Assembly (NCBI GenBank): GCA_047495785.1
Contig: JBLDXI010000016.1
Location: forward strand, 1,025,862 to 1,089,861
DNA: 64,000 nt
From: Lepidodermella squamata
Taxonomy: Eukaryota > Animalia > Gastrotricha
Direction: 5' to 3'
How positions within the stretch are numbered: the stretch's first letter is position 1; every line of letters begins with the position of its first letter. This document shows, in pieces, positions 23,591 through 33,800 of the stretch. Under the pieces are notes generated by a model, which saw only the letters and a program-made list of their open reading frames with translations, was not told the DNA's origin and did no database searches. The translations under genes were made by a program, and so were the position numbers.

Positions 23591-23749
23591 CGGGCGTGGC
23601 GCGAACGCCGTTACCCAAGTGAAATATTTTGCACCCGACTCCACCGATGAGGCAGAGCGCAGGGGTCAGCGGACCGCAGTGCAATGGCCCGCCTCGCCCT
23701 GGGGCGACCGACTTGCTGAGCTCGGTTCATCCCAGTGCCAGGTAAGTTT
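23591..23749 (-). ncRNA. U1: U1 snRNA (variant), copy 3
   Basis: revcomp near-identical to 700-858. Confidence 0.92.
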
Positions 23750-23865
23750 AGTGGCCAAAGGTCCACGCGATCGACCCCACTCGGCAGTTTGACCATAAGT
23801 GGATGCTGAAGTCATTTGGTTATTCCTTTTTCATCGAAATTCTTTTTAAAAATGATTGCGACAGT

Positions 23866-23937
23866 TAGCAGAGCGTAGTTTCGATCTACAGACCTCTGGG
23901 TTATGGGCCCAGCGCGCTTCCACTGCGCCACTCTGCT
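23866..23937 (-). tRNA. initiator tRNA-Met(CAT), cassette 3
   Basis: revcomp identical to 513-584. Confidence 0.96.
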
Positions 23938-24005
23938 TGTCTGAAGGAGGAATTTGACCATTCAGTAGCTGTTTTATAAGTGTCGTGAATTCAAATGGAA
24001 AATTA

Positions 24006-24090
24006 TGGCAAGCGGTGGGGTTCGAACCCACGCCTCCGAAGAGACTAGAGCCTATAAATCTAGCGCCTTAGACCACTCGGCCACGCTACC
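24006..24090 (-). pseudogene. tRNA-Leu(TAG) probable pseudogene, cassette 3
   Basis: 2-nt insertion gives a 9-nt anticodon loop; 1-nt insertion in the 3' acceptor strand. Confidence 0.8.
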
Positions 24091-25087
24091 TCGGCTTCTC
24101 TTTATTCCACTATTTAACCAATAATTCAAAACAAGCGAGTGGTTGAAATGATGTTTTGGAGCTGAGGAATTTTCGCAAGGAGATCTATTTGCTGCGGCGT
24201 CGAATTTCGGCTAATTAAAATGCATCAAAACGGGGTGAGGTGGCGGTCTGATTGTTTCAAAGTCTTTTAACCAACATCGAGCTGTAATATTCCTCAAAGG
24301 GCGATCAATAATTCATCAAAATTGAAATTATACAGTCAATGTCTGAATAATTCCTGAATCGTCCTTCCCGCCGTGAAAGGGCTCATTTGATTAGGGCAGA
24401 CGATGTTTTTCTGAAATTTTTAATTTGTTCAAGCTGAATACTAATACGTTAACTTGTGTATGTGCACTGTTGATTGACAATTTGCCAGCGTAGGCGGCTA
24501 GAGTTAGCCAGAGTTACCCAGCCTGCAGAGCCGATATCGATTTCAAGAATCGACTTTACAATTCAGTGATTTTTCCGATATCAGCCGTCGTAGTAACCAA
24601 CATCGATAATTTTTCTATGTAGCTTAGGGCGCCAGGCAGCTGTGGTAAAAATCCTAGATTCAGGGAGCGCATGAGCATCGATCAAAAACTTGAAACACCG
24701 AAATCGCAAAGAATCTGAAAAATGTAGTGCCAGTTGGACGCTTAAATTTCGTGCATGAACCTCATTTTTAGTGGTGCAAATATTATTTGGACCCAATTGC
24801 AAATTAATGGCGAAATCACCCGGAAGAATGTTCGTTCGGGGTATTGTTGTTGAAATATTGTTTCAGGTAAATCTAGTGCTGCGGTCTCACATTTAGTTTT
24901 GGTATTTGTGAAATTGCTGAGTTTTTTTTCCAAGTTTCGACATTTCGAGTTACTCGCTCGATCACACGAACTCAACCGAATTGTTTCAACGGACAGAAAT
25001 TATTGTCGCTACTTTATTTCTTTAATAAGCGGAATTATCATGTCCATCGAGCCTAAAATTAGATGAACAAACCGTTCAATGCAATTT

Positions 25088-26685
25088 CTAGTTATCTATA
25101 AGACTTTTTCTCGGGAAATATGTAAAATACTCCTCAGTTTTATAATCCGAGCACTCATCACTATCATTGTCTTGATTCCTGCACACAAGAAACGTCGGCT
25201 GCCGAATGCAATAAATCGCCGTTAGATCCGCAGCGCTGACAGGTTTCATCGCCTCGCCCGCGTAGTTCAACGCGATAACCTCGCCGAAAAAATTGTTGTA
25301 GTGAACGAACGCCGCCATAAATATGTTGATTTTTCCACTACTTGCCGTGAGACGATTCGCTTTGATCCATTTTACAAACTTGCTGGTCGTGCACGCGCCC
25401 ATTTCCGTCAAATAATTGACAGGTTCCAGCAATATTCCACCCTGCAACATCCCAATTGAAGGTACCATCACACCACGTAAGACAAATAGGTTTTTGTCAT
25501 CATCTCGTCGCGATCTAACGGCCTGTAATTCCGGTGAAAAAAAATATTCCACCTATAAAATTGTATCGTAACGTGGAAAGTGTAGTTTGGAATACATAGC
25601 TCAGGGTAATTTGAGGTTGATTCAGCATTTTCTACTTTTGTTTGTTAATTTGACCTATTTTCGAGTGTCATGAGGTTCAATATTCAAATGAGCAACAATC
25701 CGTCCAATGTTAGGCGAATAGGCTCAAATTAGCTAAAAATCGAGTACAAATTTCCTAACTTTCAGAGAAAATAAGATTTTGTCGAGCCTATACCTCTGGT
25801 TTAATTTTTTGGAGAACAGCTGATTTTAAAAAATTGAAAAACAGCGACTAATTATAATGTAATTACTTCGGTCCACTTTGGTTCAAGGTCCGTTAGTTCC
25901 GTGTAGGCCTCGCCTCCACTAATTGCATCAGCCTGCCAAGCTATGGAACTAGCTGGCCCAGTTGCCATGTCGTAAAAAATTATTATTTGATGTCCCGCAG
26001 CTGTCATGTTGCTCAAACTCATCGAACTCGGTCCATCAGGGTAATCGCTAGGCTTCGCGATCTTATCATATCCAAAGTTGATGTAGAGCTTCTTCAGAAA
26101 CGCGACATGCTGCTGCTGAGTCATGCTGTCGAAATTATTGAAATTCAGTATAACAATCTCGCCAGGGTTTATATTCAAGAAATCTCTCATGCCGCCGAAC
26201 AAGCCGAACTCGCCGAACATGTCCGGAATAGACTGATGAAGATAGTTGGTCAAGTAAACCTTGTTGTCATTAACCGCGTAATAGTCCGGGTTGCGAGCTG
26301 CGATTGGAAGGTCGAAATACCGGATGCCAAGGTACAGCTGGTCGAGAATGGTATGTTCCTGAGCTTTGCCCCATTGCTCCAGCCTGCAGTTCATCAAGTC
26401 GTCATTTACGCGCTGAGACAGCTGAAATGGCATCAAATCGCGGTCAATGGTATAAACTCGGCCGAGACGGGGGTTTAGGGCACTTGAAAAAGCTGCGTAG
26501 GATCCAGGAATAGCAAGTTTTGTCAGTGGCAGATCGCGTAGCCTGGCAGGTAAGTTGGTCATCCATTGTTCAAGCGTAGTGTTCGTCGTACATCTTAAAG
26601 GCAGTTCGTTTGCATCAGTCGTTGGAGGAAAAATCACACTGATAATGAGAGAAGAATAAAAGACGTTCCTTAGTGGTTGTAGCAT
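25088..26685 (-). CDS. secreted PI-PLC X-domain (PLCXD-like) protein 3; exons 26685-25867, 25522-25088
   Basis: paralog of 12369-14349, same intron position. Confidence 0.85.
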
Positions 26686-27241
26686 TCGTGCTTAACAAAT
26701 GCTTCAACCAAGTCGACAGAAACTAAACCATCATGCTTGTACTTTTCCAAAGGCATGCAGGTTGTAGTAGGTGCCAAACTATGTGACTCATTCCCCGCTG
26801 AGCCAGATTAGACCAGCATGAGATGAAGATTTAGTACAAATAATTTACGTATTTCCGATGTCATTGAAATAAAGTTCTAGCATTTATGGTCGTTCTGAGT
26901 GGAAAAAGGTGTCCATTTAATGATCGGTGCAATTAGACTGTTGATAATATAACCGTATTTGTTCCTATTACGGCCCGAGCTACTGAAATTCAACCTCGAA
27001 ATTTTGAAAAAATTCAAAATTGAAACAATAATTGTCGGTGAATCGTTCATTTTTAGTGATTTTGAACCGACTTGACTCTCAACCTCAACCCTCGGCTTAC
27101 CATTAGGGATGGGCGATTATTATCGACTATTTTTGATAGCCTGAGCTATTTTTCGACACAATAAGGTGTAGTATTTCAGGAAGTTGAGTAATGTTCGAAA
27201 ACAACCAATTAAAAATGACACCTATATTTTTCGTAATTTTA

Positions 27242-27400
27242 CGGGTGTGGCGCGAACGCCGATACCCAAGTGAAATATTTTGCACCCGACTCCACCGATG
27301 AGGCAGAGCGCAGGGGTCAGCGGACCGCAGTGCAATGGCCCGCCTCGCCCTGGGGCGACCGACTTGCTGAGCTCGGTGCATCCCAGTGCCAGGTAAGTTT
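27242..27400 (-). ncRNA. U1: U1 snRNA (variant), copy 4
   Basis: revcomp near-identical to 700-858 (SL1 GATGCACC variant). Confidence 0.93.
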
Positions 27401-27517
27401 AGTGGCCAAAGGTCCACGCGATCGACCCCACTCAACAGTTGGACCATAAACGGACACTCAAGTCATTTGGTTATTCCTCAGATCTTGGGAGTTTCTGATT
27501 AAAAATATTGCGACAGT

Positions 27518-27589
27518 TAGCAGAGCGTAGTTTCGATCTACAGACCTCTGGGTTATGGGCCCAGCGCGCTTCCACTGCGCCACTCTGCT
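27518..27589 (-). tRNA. initiator tRNA-Met(CAT), cassette 4
   Basis: revcomp identical to 513-584. Confidence 0.96.
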
Positions 27590-27658
27590 TGTCTGAAGGA
27601 GGAATGTAGCCATTCGATCGTTGTTTTGAAGTTTTCAAGAATTCAAATGGAAAAATGA

Positions 27659-27741
27659 TGGCAAGCGGTGGGGTTCGAACCCACGCCTCCGAAGAGACTA
27701 GAGCCTAAATCTAGCGCCTTAGACCACTCGGCCACGCTACC
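27659..27741 (-). tRNA. tRNA-Leu(TAG) with 1-nt acceptor-stem insertion, cassette 4
   Basis: plus strand TGGCAAGCGG vs TGGCAGCGG; may be non-functional. Confidence 0.8.
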
Positions 27742-28539
27742 TCGACTCTCAACTTCTTTTTATTCCACAAATAAAACAATTTAAAACAAGCGATTCGCAG
27801 GATAAAAATGTAAACAATTGTAATTAATACGATCCAGGTACATACCTACGTACTGGGTAAAAAATAAAAAAAAATCAAGAAAATTGATGATCAATGAAAG
27901 CAGTTAGAGCCGGAGTGGTTGAAATGACGTTTTCGAGTTCGGGAATTTTCCGCAATAAAATCTAGTTGCCGCGGCGTTGAATTTTGTTTATTATACTTCT
28001 CAGAAACAGAAACAGATAAAAAATTAAAAAAATTTATGGCGCCGTAGAAATGTTTCAGCTGACAATTGTGAAAGTTGACATAAAATGTCGTTTCAGGGCA
28101 GTCTCACTCGAACCTGGCAGTTTTTCACAAGAAAACGTCCATTTGCTGCTCAGAGAATTTCCCTCTACCTCTATATTACTCCAATCTTTCACTTAGATCG
28201 AATATGAGAGTCCAGGCCAGACCTATTTTTTTATTTTAAATCGCAAAGCTAGATTAGTATTGATTCCATCCATGGCAGCTCAGCTTGTGTTGTACACATT
28301 GCATTTCTCGACTATTCCAGCGACCGGCAATTTTTTACACGTAGTTAATTATTCACCCGTATAGCGCATATATACGACGCCGCATATATCAAGAAAAAAA
28401 AACACACACACACACCCAAGTTGAGTCACCGGTATACATTGCGATAAGGAAAAAGATGACGCAATCGCGCGCAATTTTCGCGGTATAAAAACCTTTCATT
28501 TATTCGAGATTCGTTTAATACCATCGTTTTTTCCAGCAA

Positions 28540-29448
28540 ATGACAAGTACTTCCAGACCGATATCTGCAAAAAACGATGGCCAGAAACCCCGAGCAACTA
28601 TAGCTAATCTATGCAACGAAATCGAAGCATCTCTGCTTGAAAATTCGAAGATCGACCAACTTCGCGATGTGCTAAATCAAACCTGGCAAGTTTTGGCCGA
28701 TTCGATCAACGGCGATGAGTCACAGGACTTCAGCTGGCTGACGGAATTCGCGGCAGTGAAATCGCCGGAAAATCGGTTAATCTCCCGTTTACCGGGTATC
28801 ATCAGCGATGTTCGAGCCGTAGTTCGACTGGCGAATAAAGTCGATGAAGCGGCGATGAAATTACCGGAAAAATTCACCCCGGAACTTGAACCAGCTGTCC
28901 CGCCGGCAATTCTTACCCCTGACACCAGCGTTCAAAGCGTTGATTTTACGACGGAACTGGCTAAGAATAAACGTGACCGGCGTAAGCAGAAGAACAAGGA
29001 AAAAGACGCGAATTGGGTCGCAGTTGCCGCGAAGCCGAAACGCGAAGCTAAGCCGGAAAGCAACGAAAGTCTAGCCGGTTCAACCACGACTAAAACAAGC
29101 GATGAGGATAACAAGAAGAAGTACCTACTGCCTTACATGTCGAAATTTTTGAGCGAACGTATTAAAAAGGCGGAGAAGCGGACTGGTTTCGCGGGTATGG
29201 TCAACGCTTCACTCGGCCATTTGGCGTTGAATAACGTCGGCGAGTTGTGTTGTGGCGTTTGCAAATCGTCGCCGCCTTTCAGTGTCCCGCGGCAGCCGTT
29301 GCACATGGCCGCTGTTATGGAGCATCTTCACAGTGCTGGCCATGGTGATGCTGTTCGAAAGGCGCGCCGGCTTGAGATTAACGCGCAGCAGGAAGCGCTG
29401 AAAGCGATTTCTAGCGAGAAGGCTGAGGCCTCGAACAAGCAACAATAG
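28540..29448 (+). CDS. intronless protein with basic region and C-terminal matrin/U1-type C2H2-like finger
   Basis: 302-aa ATG ORF, TATAAAA at ~28485, CGVC...HLHSAGH motif. Confidence 0.65.
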   Translation: MTSTSRPISAKNDGQKPRATIANLCNEIEASLLENSKIDQLRDVLNQTWQVLADSINGDESQDFSWLTEFAAVKSPENRLISRLPGIISDVRAVVRLANKVDEAAMKLPEKFTPELEPAVPPAILTPDTSVQSVDFTTELAKNKRDRRKQKNKEKDANWVAVAAKPKREAKPESNESLAGSTTTKTSDEDNKKKYLLPYMSKFLSERIKKAEKRTGFAGMVNASLGHLALNNVGELCCGVCKSSPPFSVPRQPLHMAAVMEHLHSAGHGDAVRKARRLEINAQQEALKAISSEKAEASNKQQ

Positions 29449-30866
29449 GCCGAACAATCAATGTCTCATTGATGATAACTTTTTCAAATTTATTAGACTT
29501 TCAATATTCATGAGTGAAATTGACGAATTTCGATAATCAGACGGCTGAATTACATCATTTTTTTCAGTTTTTAACGACGATGATATAATAAAATGCTTTT
29601 GCTAGCTCGAAAATATGGCGAGTTTTCCGAATTTTCTAGAAAGTCGCAAAAATTACTTGGACATAGAAAGATTCGTGAACTAGTTTTTCGGAGAGATTTT
29701 GAATTCATTCAGATTAATATAAGAAATATGAGTATCCCTCAGTTTCTATCGTGCGGCAAATTATCAACTGAGCTACCATACAAATTCGAGATTTGCATTT
29801 ACCTCTACGAAACATCAAATTCAGAAAATGACTACCAACTTGTATGGCGGATCTTCCAGATAGGCCCAATATCGAGACCAACCCAATCCCTGGCCAATAG
29901 TTTCAATGGTGTCCTACTGGAACCGGCCTTAGGACCTTTGCGAAGCTGGGAACTTCGAAAGCCTTTCCTATCGTAGCGCATCACCATTTTGCCCTTACAT
30001 TGCCGCAAAGCTTCTAATGAAGTAATGATTTGGAGGAAAATGGTATTTCACGATTTCAAAGCAATAGGAATCATGGCAAGAAGATCCTGAGAGGCTAATA
30101 TGGGACTCGAACCGTCATCGTGAGGTTTATGACGAAGGGAAAAAGCTTTGTCATGGGATATTTTTTCCCCAGTATAGAAGTTTTCGCGTTGGGGCATTTT
30201 GTGCTTAATACTTTGGATAATTGGATAACAGTTTCAAATAAAAACCAGGTGTCATTTATTAGTTGTGAAATTTATTGGCATTAAAAATCCTTGTTTTTTC
30301 CACTACCTATAGTGGACTTCAATTTTAAAGTAAACGGAGCATGGAAAATGAAGGTTTTCCTCAATTAGATTTGCCGAGTTGTTCTCATAAATTTTAAAAC
30401 TGCACCAAACCCCCGACTTGCCTCATTAAAAACTATGTCATGAAAGACAATATCAGATTCGCGGCTTGGTGCATTTTTTTATTTAGGTAATGCTCGTAAT
30501 GCTCAATTCCTAGAAAGAAGCGTAAAGTTTCAAATAGATTTTATAAATGAAATGGTGAAATGGGGGAAAATTAATCGATTGAAAGGTCAAATAAATGTTA
30601 TACCAATCATATATATATATACCTATATATCACTGTGCTCCTGAGGCTATGTTCTGGAAATAGCTAGTGAAATCAGGAAGTTAAACCCCGACTTGATTAG
30701 GAGCAAATAGCTCTAAGGCTCATGAATAATTCAGCTGCAAAAACTGCAAACAGCGTAGTTCGAGCTAAGCAAGCCTCCTGGGCAATTAAAAAATATCGAA
30801 TTATATCAACACATACTATCCGCCGAATGGAGAATCGACATACATTGTAGTAAAGCGTTCAAAAAA

Positions 30867-33800
30867 ATGGCGAAGCAATATTTTGCTTTAATAGTAATTT
30901 CAGGAATAGCCGGCAATGTGTTAGTTCGATGTGATCAAGATTCTAGTACGCAAACAAAAGCACTGATGGAAGAATTGCAGAAGGAGTACGTCTACAACTG
31001 GTGCCCGGTCGTGATGTCTCGAAGCGTCCCGAGCGAAACGGTGGCCAGGAATAACTTCACCCAGGCACTTCGTGTCAAAACAGCCGCTTACATTTTCCGC
31101 TTCATTCAAATCAACGACGTCGAGCAGCGAATGTCTCTTTTCCTATACTTCACCTTTGAATGGTCGTTTCCCTGCCCAGTCTACGATTGCTCCAAAGTAG
31201 TTCCCGATTCGCCGTTGTGCAAATTGCCGAAAGATCGGGTTCAAAGTTTATACTTTCTCCTAACGCCTCGAGATGTCTGGCACCCCTACCTGGCCCATCT
31301 CAACGCTTATGAAACGACTCGGCCGTTGGAAAATGGAGCAGATGGAGACATCGTGTTCATCTTCCCATTCATGGCATCTGGGCCTCAAGCTTACATCGGT
31401 TACACCCGGCGAATCGACACGTCTTGCTCGTCATTCTCATTCAAGCACTTTCCATTCGACACTTTGACTTGCGAGATGAAGTTTGAACCGGAAGAGAGTA
31501 GTGACTTCCTTTGGTACGATGTCGTTTTCTATGGGACAGATGCGTCTCTAAGTACGAATCTGATAAGCGATACCGATGTTTGGGAGTTGGCGTATCCTAA
31601 TAATTTAAGTCGGACATTCACCGGGGAGAGTTTGAACGTTTCCGAGTCGACAGGCGTGTTTTCGCGAATGGTTTTAACGAGTCGATTTAGGCGCAAGTAC
31701 AACTACTACGTCGCGAGCATGATGATTCCGTCTTACGCGACCTTCTTCTTACAAATCACGTGCCTATTCTTACCGCCGAAATTACCAGACAGGTAATTTT
31801 TACATAAATTCGTAAAATAAATTCGTAAAATAAATTCGTAAATTAACGAATCCCAATCTTAATCAGTTGACCTATGTCCTATATTTGCGCAGCAATAATT
31901 TTTTTATTTCGCACCTTTTTATGGAAATTTAACTAATTTGTTAATGTAACCTACCGGGAGATTTCATTCTTTATCCAAGAATTTTCTGAAGAATTCATAT
32001 TTTACCGGAAACCTTGGAAAACTCTAAAGGTAACTTGCTTGGGGTTCGTTAATTGTCAGTATTTTATCATATGTTTGACCAAATTTCTCCGGATTTGTGA
32101 TTAATCTACCTTTTGCCGCAACCAAATTCAAGGTGAGCGGAACCAAATTTGTGGGTTTTATAGTGGTATTCTGTTTATTATTGGTGGTCTGCGTTACGGA
32201 TATTTACAGGAGCGTTGCCATATTACCAATATTTCTGTAATTTTTCGGTAGTACGCAAATTTCTTCTCAAGATTCTCAACAAATATACGGTCATGCGTAT
32301 CGAATATTGCGAGAAATACCTCTGTTATTGCTATAAATTAGCTCTCAATGAGTTGAAAGGATTATTATAAGGTGATTTCAACGCGTAAACACGGCCCTTA
32401 TAGTTTGCCACGAACAAGGACTTGGATAATATTTATTTTCCACTGTAAAAACTTTTTAATTAGCTAATCTTGAATAATAATAGAATTGTAATGTTTCAAA
32501 TTATCGCTCGAAGTTAGAGGTTTCAAGCACTCATCACTCCATTACTTGAAGTTCTTGAAACTACATGTTTACTTCTGTACAATAGCTCTGCAAGTTGGGC
32601 AACTGTCATTCTCTCTCAGCCAGCGGTTAATGCAGGCCATATGATAAGCTAGAAAAAACGTCAATATAGGGATGAGGTGAAGACATTTGAATTAGAAGTT
32701 ACCATGTCCACAAATCAAGCGTCTCGAACTGCAACCGAGTTTTACGATGTCCAAGTAACAAATCGGGCATTGAGAAGTCTCCCCATTCATAGTTTCGTCT
32801 TTAAGGAAGAAAAACAGATAGAAATTAGAAAAATTGCATCAACACCTTACCATTCCCTCCAGTATGCAAGAGTTCCTTCGAAGCAGTGTAAAGCTTCTCG
32901 GCCAATAAAAAGAAGTACCGCTCGGATTTATCAGATCGGGTGAAAATTTCAGCTTCGGTTTGAACGGCAAACTTGCGCAAAGCCACGAGGTCACTGTAAC
33001 CACCGCTCCTCACCCTTAATTCATGCATAAATTTATCGATAGCAGCCTGCCTAGCTTCAGTTCCGAATTCGCTCTGCCATGTTGAGGCATTAGCTTGAAT
33101 GGGAATAACGGTGCCATAGCCTGCCGGGATATTATCACTCGTTGTTTTCCGCAAAACTTTCGAGTCGAAAACAGGCTTCGACAAGTGACTCAGCATCCGA
33201 ACTTCCTTACATACAGGACACTCCTCGTCCTTGCACGACTGCCAATGTATACCTATTTGCCGCGTAGACAAGCAGCTTTTGTCTAAAATCGAATCTAAAA
33301 TCTTAGCATCCGAAATTAATTCCATAATTTAAACTCACATGTGCAAGATTTATCATGCCTGCAACCTCTCAGGTGGCTTATCACTTCTTTCATTCGTTGA
33401 CAATAAGCGACTCCGCAGTTCGGAAAAGTCGGGTTTGTTGCAGTACCAGCAACACTTGCTGCTATCGACTTTGCCATAGCATCTCGTTTCTCACACTTAT
33501 GAGCATGCAAAATCAAGATCAATTGATTTTGAATCCCTATTCTTTTCTCCTCGCTTAGCCCTTGATTAGTTTTATTCTGAAACCACAGAAAAATGTTGAA
33601 AATAGCACTAATTCAGAGGAAATTACCGGCGTAACGGTTGAGCTAGAAGAGACTGGCAGAGAAGAGATGGTTGAGCTTTCAAAAGAATCGCTTTTCTTGT
33701 CACAACCTTAATTGAAAAAAATAATAGTTCGATGATTCATCATTAAATTCATTACCTGAGCATTCACCGGAGATCATCTCAAAAGCTTCTTTTACTTGAT

